Translations under genes and position numbers: made by a program
Notes under the pieces: model-generated
The model's input: the letters and a program-made list of their open reading frames with translations, nothing else
Databases searched by the model: none
What the model was told of the DNA's origin: nothing
Assembly: GCA_002633005.1 (NCBI GenBank)
Contig: NMRA01000655.1
Location: 31,599 to 95,598 of the forward strand
Source: Phoronis australis
Lineage: Eukaryota > Animalia > Phoronida
Length of the DNA: 64,000 nucleotides
Reading direction: 5' to 3'
Part shown: positions 38,342 through 52,018 of the stretch, piece by piece
How the letters are laid out: each line of letters starts with the position of its first letter
Position numbering within the stretch: the stretch's first letter is position 1

Positions 38342-38711
38342 NNNNNNNNNNNNNNNNNNNNNNNNNNNNNNNNNNNNNNNNNNNNNNNNNNNNNNNNNNN
38401 NNNNNNNNNNNNNNNNNNNNNNNNNNNNNNNNNNNNNNNNNNNNNNNNNNNNNNNNNNNNNNNNNNNNNNNNNNNNNNNNNNNNNNNNNNNNNNNNNNNN
38501 NNNNNNNNNNNNNNNNNNNNNNNNNNNNNNNNNNNNNNNNNNNNNNNNNNNNNNNNNNNNNNNNNNNNNNNNNNNNNNNNNNNNNNNNNNNNNNNNNNNN
38601 NNNNNNNNNNNNNNNNNNNNNNNNNNNNNNNNNNNNNNNNNNNNNNNNNNNNNNNNNNNNNNNNNNNNNNNNNNNNNNNNNNNNNNNNNNNNNNNNNNNN
38701 NNNNNNNNNNN

Positions 38712-39101
38712 NTCATGTTGACCTTTACCTGTGCACCGAATTTGAAAAAGATAGCTTTAAAACTGAAGGAGGAGTAGCATTTTGAAAACTATATGACCTT
38801 TGCACCAAACGACCTCTTCCAGTGCAATATGGAATATGATTATATAACCAATCAAAATTTATATACTGTCAAAATTCATATGCTGAATTTAAAGACCGTA
38901 CCTGCACCCAATTTGGAGTTATTAAGCCTCTAAGTTGGTCGGAAGAAGAATAAGAATAAGAATAAGAATAAGAATAAGAATAAGAATAAAATTGAAGAAA
39001 ACCCAGGAACAACAGTACTCTGCGCTTACACGCGCAGAGTAATAAAATTGAAGAAAACCCAGGAACAACAGTACTCCGCGCTTGCACGCGCAGAGTAATA
39101 A
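38712..39101 (-). repeat. Fragment of a second Helentron/HINE-like family (related to 56167-58565) with (AAGAAT)n microsatellite
   Basis: Reverse complement matches 56167-56530; contains an ACTCTGCGC...GCGCAGAGT palindrome and a hexamer repeat at 38945-38990. Confidence 0.75.
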
Positions 39102-39839
39102 ATACAAAAAGTATTTTTTATTTTTCCTGATCTTTGTTCTTTCAGAAAATATATACTTTTCCTAGTCGACAAAACTTATTTTTTTGATATACCAGTTAGA
39201 TTGGAGGCCACTTAATAAGGTTTGAGAAAACCTTAAGTCTTATTTCCTGGATTTGGTGTCAATGTTGACTCAAGGCCATCTTTGTTTGAATACATTAAGC
39301 AGGGAAAAATGTCACTGTTAAATCGGCAGTAACATCGTGAAGAAATCACTTACCTCAGAATGTGTTTGTCCAGTCACCTGAATTCCTCCCTCATTATCCG
39401 TTCCTACTCCAATGTTTTATGTGGGGACATACCAACTGAATAAGTTGTTCTACTTTATTGCAATCAGCAGTTCAAGTAGCATATATTGATCAAGAATTGG
39501 GAGTTGCCGGCAAACAAATAAAAACTAGGTCAGCTATTTTACAGATCCCATTGGCCAATGTTTGTAAAAGCCGTTTCGTGTTCGTATGTTCAAGGTCATG
39601 ACGTTAGTTCAAAATCTAGGTCATCCCCAACATAACAGGTATACGACAAGCTTGCGCATTTAGGTGTTTAGTGGATACATATCTACGCACGTAGTATTAC
39701 TTTTTGTTTTCTTTTGTGCAATGTTAAGCTGTTGCCTAGACACAAGTTTATAGCTTCTGGGTTTACCTACAATTACGAAGTAAAATAATCTTTACCAACA
39801 AACCCCCGTGGGAGATCCACCACTTACTCGGTGTCGATA

Positions 39840-42208
39840 CAGTGGCGGATCTACGGGGGGGTTCAAGGGGTTTAAACCCCCCCTCGGGCCAGGACCCAAA
39901 AATTAAAAAAAAACAAACAAAAGCGTCTCCAGCAAAACAAAAACGGCACCGCCAGCGTGTGTAAACCCCAAGTAAACCAACTTGGAAAAAATTGAGAGGG
40001 GGGGGGTTCACTTCGAAAATATAGTTTTTTGCATTGTGAATTGCTGAGTCTTTGTGGCTCATCGGCAAAACGCGCGGGAATTTATTTTACATGCGCTTCC
40101 GTCGACACTTCTGAAGTAGCCAAGCATTTTAAGTGGATTCACCGCTGAAAGAGCAGTTCTATAGCTGATTTCTTTAGGTAACTAGCTTCTTAACTCTAAA
40201 ATATGTTTTGATTTGATTAGGGGAAATACTGCGGTGCCGCAACCCTGATATTCAGGCGAATTGACGTGCAACGTTTTTACCTCATCTGTCATGCCGTGTC
40301 ATTCTATTACACTCCACACGTTTGTAACTGATGTATAGTAAAGTTGTCTTGCGCAATATCATACAGTGTACATGTACATGTAATACTGTGTCCATGTACA
40401 CGTAATATTTTTGAAAAAAAATCTTTTTCCGAAGAATTGCTACTGTGGCGGGCGCCGTGGTCTGGTCGCGAGTCCGTTTGAAGACACACTCTATAACAAG
40501 TTATGTCTATACTAGTAATGACCAAGGGGGCACCCACATTGAGAAAGTGACCGCATTCGCGAAAAGTGTACAGTACCAGAAATGGCTGGGAGGCTGTTCT
40601 TTCACAACAAAGTCTTGCGGGACTCGTGCGATGTTCAATAGACCTCTTATAAGGAGCCCTAGTTCCGACCTCAACACCTACCGTCTGTCTACCTGCAACT
40701 GCCGTCTTCTATACTGGGAATTTCCGCAGAAAGGCTCACCCGATGAAACGCTCATGCCCATGGGCATTTATTTGATATTAGTACTTCGGGTTCCAAGCGT
40801 TCAGACATTGGAACGTTTATTTCGAAAATTGCAAGAGATGCAAATAGGTCCTTGGATGCTTCGTCAAGGTTTGAAGTAGTCCATGATGAACGAATCAAAT
40901 TTAGTTGCGCATGTAAGTCTTTCGAATGGACTTGGCAACCTCAAGGGTCTTAGTGTCAACTGAGCTGCGAAACGAGATGCTGACATTGTAGAGGCTTACA
41001 AGCTCATTGACATAGCAGTTGACGAAGTGCAAGCGTTGGGAACAAATATCGAAGATATCTGGGTAGAATGGTTCCAAGACGAGCAAATCATTGGATCCGA
41101 TATACAAATTCCTCGGCAGTCTAGACAACAGAAGGATAGGACTAACGTATGAGTAACCACTGGGGATTAAAATTTTAAAGAGAAGTTTTCAATTCAAAAT
41201 TTTTTGCATAGTACACTTTAGGTCTCGTGACGGACCAGGCCAGCTTGATTTGTGTAGATGTTGAGTTTCAGTGTACTTCTGGTCCCTCGGCGAACTAGTC
41301 TTGTGATTTTTTTACCAAAGTGTGCTTTGTAAAACTATTTATCTCAGCCAGTGCTGTTTGATCCCGCGACAGATCGACTATTTGTATAGGGATAATAAGC
41401 ACAGGTGTACTCTTGGTCTTGTGACCGACCAGGTCAGCTTTTTGTGTAATCTCAGTGTACATCTGGTCCCTCTGCAAACTAGTCCAGTGCCCACCACTGT
41501 GCACAGGATGTTTTGGTTTCGTGAAACTGTTTTCAAATGATTTGTTTCCTGATAGATTTGACGTTTTTAATTGTTGTCAACGTGATTCAGCTTAATAAAG
41601 TGATACCTAATTATTTATTGTCGCTTTTGATAATAGACTATGAGTTGAGAGCACCATCGTTCGCCAGTTTTTCTCGTAACGAGACAGAACACATGTTTAT
41701 TTCCGGACTAACAGTACAGATCTTTGTTCTTAAACAACTTGAGGCTGCTGTCATGCGACCATCTGATATTCAAGTTTTTACGCCCCGTCGGTGTTCCTTA
41801 ATTATGCTCTTGAATATTTGGAAATTGTCTTAACCCCTGTATACACACCACACTTTCTCGTATACGACTTTTCGTATGCTAAAAAAGGTGTGTGTAAGCA
41901 GATGTTCCAACAAAGATCTTTGCTGGTGGCGTGACTCATACCCAGATGTGCACAATATGGTTTCACGAAACTTATGTGCCAAGCTCATGTGACGAAATCG
42001 AGAAGGGTTTGTTATCATCTTAAGAAAAACTCCAGAGACATGTTAAATGCCAGAAACTTACCAGGATTTGGCTACAAAAACAAAAAATATCTTACACGGG
42101 AGGGGAAACCCCCCTCCCGACCTCCCCACGCTCGGCGCCACGCGCCTAGGATTCGACCTTGTCGGGAATCCTAAACCCCCCCTTGCTGAAAACGTAGATC
42201 CGCCACTG
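39840..42208. mobile_element. hAT-like non-autonomous element (16-bp TIR CAGTGGCGGATCTACG)
   Basis: CAGTGGCGGATCTACG at 39840 and CGTAGATCCGCCACTG ending at 42208, with G/C-run subterminal motifs. No TSD detected. Confidence 0.5.
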
Positions 42209-43560
42209 CTATAGGGGATATGCACCGAGGTACGTTGATGCGTATCATTCGGTAAACAATGCGGGCGGCTTAGAAACCACATAATAGCTAACGGGTAAGT
42301 ATGGAAAGCCAAAGAGAAAAAATTCAGGACACAAATTTTCTACACAAAACTTAATAAGTTCTCTGCAGGACCAAAATATACTCAAAACCAAAGTTTATCG
42401 CGCCTGGGCCAAAAATTTATCACGACAGAACAGAAACTTATTAAGTCAGCAAAGTTCACACTACAGGAAAATTTCACGTCAGGAGAATTTCATGCCAGGA
42501 AGTCACGTGACGATCCACAAGCATATGATTCCTCAAAGACATGACATGACATAATAAGTAGACCATAACCGGGCGCGTGCCACTCAGATACATGCAGCAG
42601 TTGTCAATATGACGCCATATTGGACAGTGCTGCACAGGACAAAAAAGGCGGAAGATATTGGGAGCCCCAAGGCATCAGTCAGGCGATGCGGGGGCTCTCA
42701 GTGTTATGCCTGCAGCCAAACAGTTAAGTTTTTGGTCCTGTTATTGAGTGGTGAGTTTTTGGTTCGGCCATGGAGTTTATTGGTGCTGCCGGCAACTAGG
42801 TTTTTATGTTCTGCCACCATAGTTTAAGCGGAAGGTTCCTGAAGTGCAATAACATGCATTTTTAATGTAATACATAGGCCGATTTAGGGGGGGCCCAGGG
42901 GGCCCGACCCCCCCTTGTCTGCCTCAAAAAATAAAACAGTAAGAGCGTAGGGAAATGGTGAGTTTATTAATTAACCCCGGTAATTAAAATTATACAGATG
43001 AAAAAATATTTAAATGTGTGCAGTTTTAGTGTTGGGGGGAGGGGGGGGCTCAAATCCAATTTAAGGGTCAAATTCGGAAAACGGCGCATTCGTAACGGAA
43101 CTATGGCTAAGTATAGGCTCTCCCGCGATATCCTAGGCGACCGGCAGTGGCGCGGCGCACTACGATTCCGTTTCCGTCGTCTGCTCCACTGTGCAATGAA
43201 GAAAATTTACTTCATTTTTTAAAGAAAATGGAATTTGAGTGACAATGAAAAAACAGAAGCTGCTGGCAAGATGTGAATTTTAATCGAAACCTGAGTGAAT
43301 CAATCAGAAACTCGCAATACTCTCTTTGACAAACCTTATCTTAAGACGATTTCCTAAGCAATCCCGTCATTATTGCCAACACGAAAAGTGGATTTGGTCT
43401 TTTGGGCATTTGAAGACTATTTCAAATACGACAAATTTGTTAAGAATTGATGGCACAAAATACAAAACGTGTAATAAGCATTACAAAAAGAAGTAGGTTT
43501 CGCGCGCAAACGCTGTGGACCATAAACAAGTAGGTCTTTTAGTACGAGATTAGAAGTTAA

Positions 43561-43630
43561 GTCGTGTTGGCGTAGTGGTAACTCACGCACGCTCTACAGT
43601 GTATCTGCAAGGTCGTGAGTTCGAGTCTTT
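43561..43630 (+). other. tRNA-derived Pol III promoter-like remnant (A box and B box)
   Basis: TGGCGTAGTGG (A box) and GTTCGAGTC (B box) at tRNA-like spacing. No complete cloverleaf. Confidence 0.35.
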
Positions 43631-43970
43631 AGTACTTGCAGTTTTTCCTGTTTGACACGTTCTTTTTTTGCCTTTTTTCTTGGATAATACTTCAGGAATC
43701 AAAGAAAATGCTTGATTTTTAGAGGTAAAAACAGAAAAATTTCCTGGGCGGGAGGGGGGGCAAATCCCCCTCCCGACCTCCCCCCATTCGGTGCTATGCG
43801 CATCGACAATTGTTCAGTTTGCGCAAATTTTTGCAGCCGGACAAAGTGTTGGGCCCCCCCTTGTGATATCCTAGATCCGTCACTGTAATAGACTCTATTC
43901 ACGCTAACATTTCTCCGGGTTGAAAACGAGGCTGTGTGATCAACAGCTGGTCGAGAACAGGACAACGTGA

Positions 43971-46900
43971 GTGGCGCTACACTGCTGTGTCCCAAATTGC
44001 ACGAACGATTCACGCTGTGGCTCGGGAAAACAATTGTCATTTCACTGTTTTCCTTCGGATGAGAACCTCAGGAAACAATGGGTGGTGAAAATTCGCCGTG
44101 ATATCGGCCCCCACTTTCAGCTTAGTTGTTTTTTCTGTCGTCGACCGATTCATAGAGCTCAGCTCCTATATCGCTCGGCGGGCTTCACTGCGTTTCGTGG
44201 CCCCGTCACTCTAATGATACCATCAAAACAATCGCAAAAACTGAACATTTATTTTGTATTACTAGTCACGTCATGATTGTTGACTTGTTAAAGTACAGTA
44301 GGCCTATTGCTTTTTTGCCTTAGCATACAGCTAACTCGGCATTTGGTTTAGTCCCGGGATTTGGTTACAAATCTAGGTCACGTTGTGTGGCCTCATGTCA
44401 CGTGCATCATGCGTGCATCAAGCACATGATTCCATCGGCTGTGTTTGTTCTTAAAAAATGTTGTTTTTTGTTTATCGATTAAGCAAAATTTTTGTTCATT
44501 ATTATCTGTTCTTCTTTGTTATAGATTACTAAAGGCACTAGAGTTCGCTCTCAACATTTTAAAGCAGAAGACATGGTCAAAACATTAGCAGGACTGCGTA
44601 AACTTAAACCTGGTACCAAGGAGTGTACGAGTATTAGGAGAGTTCACTCTGCCATTTTACCATTCGCCGCAATGGTTACCGGTCGAAACACTAGCGCTCC
44701 AAGCGGTGAATAATCAACACTTACTTAGGAGCGCAGTCCGAACAATGTAAACACTGATGAATTCATACTTTAATGACATTCAACGTGCAATAAAATTACT
44801 GTTATTGAAAATGGATAGAATACGTAAACTAACATCCACTTATAATCGAATGAGAAAGAAAATGTGTATTTTAATCAATATTAAAGTGTATTTGTTACGG
44901 ATGATTTGCAGGTTAATTGTGTTCATTATGTATTTTAAATGTGAGGTCTTTTGTTTTGCTTAGCTTTAGTTTTCTGCCTCGCCGCTAGGCACTTTCTAGG
45001 CTATTGTTTCACTGGCTTGCCATTTCACTCTGCCCGCATCATTTGAAGCGTCAAGTCGCTTACTGTTGATGTGTACTAGTGAGTATTTTCTTTCGTTATC
45101 TGTATCATTTGCTTTGTTTTGGACGCAGTTAGTACATTTTCATTTCCCTTAGTTTGTATATTTGTGTAGATAGTACTGTATTTAATTTGCTGTAATTTTG
45201 TGTATAATATGTTTCCATGGTCTGCTTTTTCTGTGTGTCTTGTGTTGACCACGCCCCGTGTCAGTCATTTTGTTAATTTAGTGTTTCTTGTTCTTTGCAG
45301 ACAAGATTCGTACAAGTTTTGTATGGTAGTCAGTGGTTGCAGACTTTATATTCGCTGTGTTCATGGGCCACTTTGGGCCACGGAACAAAGAATAAAGTTT
45401 ACCATACCATTACAATCTTTCGTATATTATCACACGGCAACAGTATTTGTTTTTATTCTCTTGAAGCTCCCTTCAAAATCTATCACGGTTTTGTTTCATG
45501 TTCGAGTTCTTAACAAGGCAAATTACCTTTCCTTACAACAGTTCATACCTCCACGGACTACAAAATTTGAATGATTGCTCCTGGGGGTTCAGAGGGTAAT
45601 TCCCCCAGGTGACAGCTAAGGGGGTACCAGGCAAAAACCAGGTGGGCGCCAAATGGGTGTTGACCCACTCCCAGGGGGTTACATGGGAGGAGTGCTAAAC
45701 AGGTAAACCAAAGAGGTATGTCACATGGGTGTTGAGCCCCTCCCATCGTCACAAATTTTGGTTGCTCCCCTGAGCATTGACAAACATGTTGCTCCCAGCT
45801 CACTGCTGGTTTCACCTCTACCCAACAATTTCGCATGCCGGTGTTCTCTATTCAAGGCACCAGGATACTAGCAATGCGAACAATTGTTTGGTGTAGTGGA
45901 TGTTACACATGTAAGAAGAAGAAAGCAATTCACTACCACAAAATCGTAATATAATTTTAGAACATTCCATTATTTCTTTGACATGGCAGCATAGGGTAAA
46001 CTCGATCGCACTCTCCCACGCGCGCACCCAGCGGACTCGGGGGGCTCAAACGAGCCCCTCCATTTGGCGAAGTGGTCAAAAAGGTCCGTCCCCGAGAGAC
46101 AAAAATTTCGAGAAAATGGGACAAAAGTCCACTAAAGAAACGCAAATGCGCAATTCACAGTGGTGGTCCTGTGTTTTTTTTTTAATCCGCCCCGGGAACT
46201 CATTTGTTAGCAAAAGGTTTACATCGTCAGGAATTCAAGCCCCCACATTGAGTATATCACCACGCATAACTAGTCCAAGTTCATCATGTCATGACAAAAA
46301 AGTTAAGAGGTACTGAACAGCAATCAAAATATTCACTAGCCCCACAACTTCATACAAAACTGAATTAAAAAGACTTGGATGATAAAACTAAAATTTTATT
46401 TTCTATACCCACTGTTCATATTATCAAAAACAGTAAATATTTCAGGTAAGCTAAAGCTAGACCACAAGATCATATTTGTTACTTAGTAACAAATGGGGCT
46501 TAAATTAATCACAATCTCCAAAAACGTACAAAATAGACAACACATGCATCAATACAACAAGAAAATCTAACCAACCTTCTCACTCTCTATTAATTTACTA
46601 GTAAACAACAGCTATTTTTGCCAATGAAATGCGTTGAAGCTGATAACTAATTTACTCACAGAGGTGTTTGTCATTGAGAAGCAAAATGATACGGATAGCT
46701 TGTGTTTAACAAAATGTCAGCCCACCATTCAGACTCTAAAAGACCCATCAGTTTCACTTTGGCTCTCTTCAAATCACAGGCTAACCATTCATAAAATGTT
46801 TTAATCTGATCAATCTTAGTAAAATACGAAAACCAGATTTTGACTAATTGTCCTTTCTACACGTGATGTTCCAGTACTTGCTTTGTGAGACCATAACCAG

Positions 46901-49475
46901 AAATGCAAAAAAGCCTATTCCACAGCTGTAACATAATTTCCGGAGAACTTTTTGAAATCTTCATTCTTGGTAATTCGGGACATAAAATACTGCTCGGGCA
47001 CTGCATTCAATACCAGCTTGTTCTTCATTCATGAACATGGTCTCCTCAAAGTGATGAGAGCATTAGTTGCAGTTCTTGGACAAGTAGGTTGCATCTCTAG
47101 TCATAAGGTCGGCTCCCAGTGCTTGCACCTGAACAGAAATCAGTGAGAGACTCAGGAACAAACCTCATACTCACCAGGTTCACAGAGATTGGTAGCTTAC
47201 ACTAAACTACACTACAGAAGTCCTGTCATACTGTGATTGTGATAGAGACAAAAGCGTCTTGGTGTCAACTAAAAAAAAACTAGGACTCAAATGTGGATCC
47301 ACGGATATTTTAAGGGCTGCACAACTTTTCACTGAGATCCACAGATTCTCTAACTTGACTCAGGCCCTGTGGCTTGTGGCTGTGATTGTGCCATGGCCGT
47401 GTCACCACGATTCATATTCACCCATGGCCATGGGAAAGTTTTCCTAAAATTATCCCTGCGATCGTTAGAGTGACATTTTGATTTGGAATACATGGACTGC
47501 AAGTATCCAAATAGCTGACGATCACATTGTACGTTAATCATAGTCCTTTCGCCGGCTGCCCAGTAGGTCTAGCCTACACTGCAGACAACAGACAGTGCCA
47601 GGCACCGGGACTGCGATCGACTTGTCTAACAACCGTGAACAGAACACACAAAATGAAAGACAATGTATCATATTATTGAATAACAGATAATCCTTACCTT
47701 TCTGGATCCTTAGGAAACCTACAAAATGACACGTCTGGGGTTTTCGTGGATGAATTCATGCAATTTATCGCACTGCAAAATGCGTCCTTCCCCATTGTTT
47801 TGGCGCTTCCTGGTTGACCGTTGCTTGTTCACCACTTGGCGGCGCTAGTAGTAGCGGTAACAGCGAACTCACAAGTGAACTCTCCTATACTCGTACACTC
47901 CTTGCTGGTACTGTCCCAACCCAGTTTGACTGGTCAACGGCTGTGACAAGAAGAGCGCCGAAAAAAAGAGTTCCTTGCAGGTATTGCAAAGAGATTATCC
48001 GTTCTTAGGTTATTTGACTCTAACTTCAATTCAGTATTGTTGTTTTTAATCCACTCTCAGTTAACAATTGGAAATAAGCATTGCTCTGAGGATGTTGCTT
48101 CTTGATATTGTAGGATTTAATTAATGCACTTTATTTATTACAAGTGGTAATTCTGCTTGCATGGTTATGGGCGGCACAGCACTGAAAAAAGTGAGGGCTA
48201 TAGCCCCCCAGCCCCCAATGGTGCGCCGCCCATGTAAAAATCTTGGTTACTTGCTTATAACATTCGTTTTCTTAAAAAATTCCATTTTACGAGTCCAAAA
48301 CACTGGTCTAGGTTGCCGCAAGACCAAACAAGGACATGTCTTTCGTTAGGTCAGCTCAATGACCACCCTCTCGTCTCAAGTTTCTCGATTTGAAGCTGTT
48401 ATAAGCCTGCCTTTGAAGAAAGCTGTTGACAGAATGCAGGCTATACAGCACTTCTTATGTCCTGAATGATAATCAGAGTGAATTAGGTAGTCATACAAAA
48501 ACTTAACTTTTTCAGTGTGGAAATATTGAGTAGGAGAAACGCAGAATGTTTCGACACAGAAGATGAGAAGGCGACTGAGACTCCGTGGGTATCTGAAGAC
48601 CATGACTACAACTGCAAGCCAAGAAGTGACAGAGAACTTTTGGAAGGTGCTATAAAGCACATTGAGGAGTTGGCTGCTGAGAATACAATGCTGAAGCAGC
48701 AGATGTTCGGCCTAGAACATTTTTCAGCGGACCCTACAAACATCCTGTATTTCACAGGGTTCAAGAACTACGAAACATTGAAAGCAGTTTACCTGGCGTT
48801 AGAACCAACTGCGCAGAGAATGTTGAGGTTGACTCAAGCTCAAAGACGAAGCGGAAATGCGAATGGTTTAAAATATACTGCTTTCAGATCAGAGTCTCTT
48901 AAACTGATCACCAGTTCTTTTTATTTCTGTGTCAGATAAGGCAAGGATTATTTGAACAAGATTTAGCAGTACGGTTTAATGTATACCAATCTCCTGTTAG
49001 TCGCACTCTGATCACTTGGGTTAACTATCTTTATTCAAAGACTTACTCAAGTTACAAAAGCCACACGACATTTAAAGGTCTTGTTGGTATAAGTCCTTTT
49101 GAAGCCCCACGTTTGTCAGCCCTTTGTATACAGGGTGCATCTCTGATAAAGAGATCACCAAGTTAAGTGGTGTAGTGCAGTTGGTTGAGACTGGTGACGA
49201 TGTGATGGCCGATAAGGGTTTCCTTATTAGTGATCTTCTTGGTGCTAGGAATGCAACTCTGAACATTCCACCATTTTTGGGTAAGAAGAGAAAGTTTATC
49301 AGAAAGGAAGTCATCGAAACTCAGGAAATAGCTAGGGTAAGAATTCACGTGGAAAGGGCCACCAGAAGGGAAAAGGAATACCACATGCTTGATGGGGCAT
49401 TGCCACTGATTTTAGTTGGTTTTGCCAATCAGTTGTGTGTGCCCTTTTGACCATATTCAAAGGTCCATTGTTTTA
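43971..49475 (+). pseudogene. ISL2EU (PIF/Harbinger-related) THAP + DDE_Tnp_4 transposase, degenerate and interrupted
   Basis: CCVPNCTNDSR...LSFHCFPSDENLRKQWVVKIRRD; ITKGTRVRSQHF...KLKPGT / VPTQFDW (split by the P-like insertion); LYFTGFKNY; [18 protein letters not shown]; [11 protein letters not shown]...VMADKGF...LNIPPF...IARVRIHVERA. Frameshifts present. Confidence 0.88.
44617..47904 (-). mobile_element. P-element-like DNA transposon with degenerate THAP gene, inserted into the ISL2EU THAP exon
   Basis: ~31-bp TIR CAAGGAGTGTACGAGTA(T)TAGGAGAGTTCACT; 7-bp TSD CTGGTAC (44610-44616, 47905-47911); minus-strand THAP remnants FCSAINCMNS...FCRFPKDPER (47700-47794) and CSHHFEETMF (~47050). Confidence 0.8.
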
Positions 49476-49768
49476 GATTTGACACTGGTGTTACTCAGGG
49501 CTCATGGAGGTGTTAGTATTTAACAATTGTTAGTAAACTGCTTAAAAGCATGCGATACCATGAAGTAGGTCCCAAGATTTACACTGTGACATTTCAATCA
49601 TAAGTAATACTATGTGCTAAAGGTGACGAATTATATAAGTAATATAAAGATATCGTATCATCAATACATACCTATATTTGATAACACACTGTACATTACA
49701 ACGAACGTGTTCACACACTATAAATGGTCAATTTCAGACAGTTCGATTTATAATTCACAGAATGGTGA

Positions 49769-51680
49769 CTACAAGAAGAACTCAAAAAAGAATTTGTCCA
49801 GTTTCACTTTCATTACTTCCCACAACGAAGCATCAAAGTAGATGCGCTCCAAATGATAGTCTACTTTGGCCTGAACAAAGAAATCGCACCATGCTGACCC
49901 AGTGATGGCCATCTGGCTCATGACCTGAAAATAGTAGTCGTGGTGCTCTGACAGTTTGTATTGACTGTCTGTCTCCTTGAAGTACTTTGTTTCTTTAAAT
50001 GACTCCACAACTGGACATTTTATTTTCGGCAGACAAAACTGTGGATTAGCTAACGGGTCATACTTTCCGGTGATGCACCAAGATATGGAGCATCGGGATT
50101 GACCACAAACCCAAACAGATAGACATTGGTATGCCTTATGTCTGCATAATTCCTAGCTGCGGTGGGTTCATGATCAATCCCATGCTGCATAGCTTGAGTG
50201 GTCACCCTCTTAGTAGTGGTCAAGTCACTGGCTAACTTCTCGAAGTCTTTCCTTCTGGAGACGATGCGTTTAAAAACACTAGAAGTCAGTCGTCCCTTTC
50301 TGGCTTCTTTCCACTGATGACATTCTGACTGAAGACTCGTCTCCTGCTCAGGAAGCATTACAGTGTCTTTATCAATGTGCAAGCCATTGTATTTGTCCAT
50401 CTGCGGTTTTATCAAAGTTAGCATGTACATCTTTGACAGCACCAAAAAGTCAAACAAAGGCAGATCTGGAGAATCAATATGAATTATGTCCCCCGTTATT
50501 TTCTCTTGCACTGGCTGTTGGTACGATAACACACCTCCTCGTGGTACTTGACCAAATTTAGAGTCGGACAGTTCGAGTTCACTCAAGTTACTCAGCAGAA
50601 TAAGAGCTTGTGAGTCACTTTTAATAGAGGAAAGGTTATTTACGAGCTGTTGCGTGAAGGTAACAGCTGGAATTGGCTGTTCCACCGGACAAAATACTTT
50701 TGGAACAACTCCTTCAACCACTTTTCTATAATTCTCCTTGGTCTTCACTGGCTTCACTTTGTTTACAACCAGGACATAAACAGGATTTGCCCTTATCCCA
50801 TCTTGCCTATGGGGTACGTGCCATGCCTGGGGCAGGGAGGTCTTTGCAACGACGGGTGGAACGCTCTTAAAGCCCATCTTCTTGAAGTGGCACACAGTAT
50901 AGAGGGGACCTATCACGTGGGTGCAGTGGCCGTTACCCGCCTTACAGGTACACAAGCACTCCCCGATCTCGACTGATGCGCCCTGCTTGACTTTAACCTG
51001 GAAATGACATAAGGCATATGTTACACCAATCAAACTGATATTTCATCTGCAATATCAACCTCTGTTATTCAACATTTTAGTTACCAATGAACAACTTAAA
51101 TACCAGATAAAGTAGAAATGTCTAGTCATGGGTATTTGGATATTGTTATTAAAGGGAAGTGGGAGAGTGACATGGTCTCGAATGCCCACCTATTAGACAA
51201 CGTTGGCTTAACTAATGAAATCGAAAACTAGTAGCCAGGGGAACTTTCCTTCGGAATGTATCAAATAACAAGTATTCGAAATTTCATAGCAGTCTGTTCA
51301 CGCATCGTCGAGAAGTCGATATTCAAAACTTGAAATAAATCCAAAATTGCAACGCGAGATATTGGCAATAACGCACATTCGGCATCATATCAGAACGTGG
51401 AAAGTGGTTGGTGAAGAATCTCTTAATATCCATGCCTTTGAATTTATTTTGATTCATATGAAGCGATAAATCAAAGTTAAGATATTAAAGAAGGCAGTTA
51501 TCAAAAAATTGTTTTTTTTTGAGGTCACAATTACATTAAATGGTTTAGCCAAGCTGAGCCGAGGCAGAATTTGCACTTACGTAAGATATATTTACCTGTG
51601 AAATATATGGAGCATTATTCTTTCGCATGGAAGGGTTACACTTTCCTTTTTGCAAACATCCACCCTAGTCCTGCTTCACT
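49769..51680 (-). pseudogene. SWIM zinc finger + YqaJ (lambda-exonuclease) second gene of ISL2EU, convergent with the transposase
   Basis: CTCKAGNGHCTHV (SWIM), TSLPQAWHVP, QSECHQWKEARKGRLTSS, AMQHGIDHE, GFVVNPDAPYLGASP, HDYYFQVMSQMAITGSAWCDF. Upstream exon KCNPSMRKNNAPY at ~51600-51675. Frameshift near 50060. Confidence 0.88.
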
Positions 51681-52018
51681 GAAAACAAAGCATTTACGAT
51701 TTAGAGTAATTTAATTCCAGGAAATTACTGTTCTTCAAAAATTTACATGGACCACATTTTATTTTACAGTGAGAGGTGATGTTTGGAAGCGGTGGGGGGT
51801 CACCCCCTAGATCCACCACACTGCTGCTCCAAATTTTTTGGCATTACTTAAAGGTTTGAAAGGCTCATCAGCATTTGCTGCATGCAAACTTTTTAGAATG
51901 TAATCTATTAGTGCGGGCGATAGAATAACGCGCCAGCTTCGTTTAAAACGATTTATTCTTGAAGAGACTGTTATCTGCAAACGATAAATACAGTTTGTCA
52001 AACAACGGAATCAAACAA

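Noticed and set aside
43561-43630. Functional tRNA gene
   Set aside because: A and B boxes are present, but no convincing acceptor or anticodon stems could be folded.
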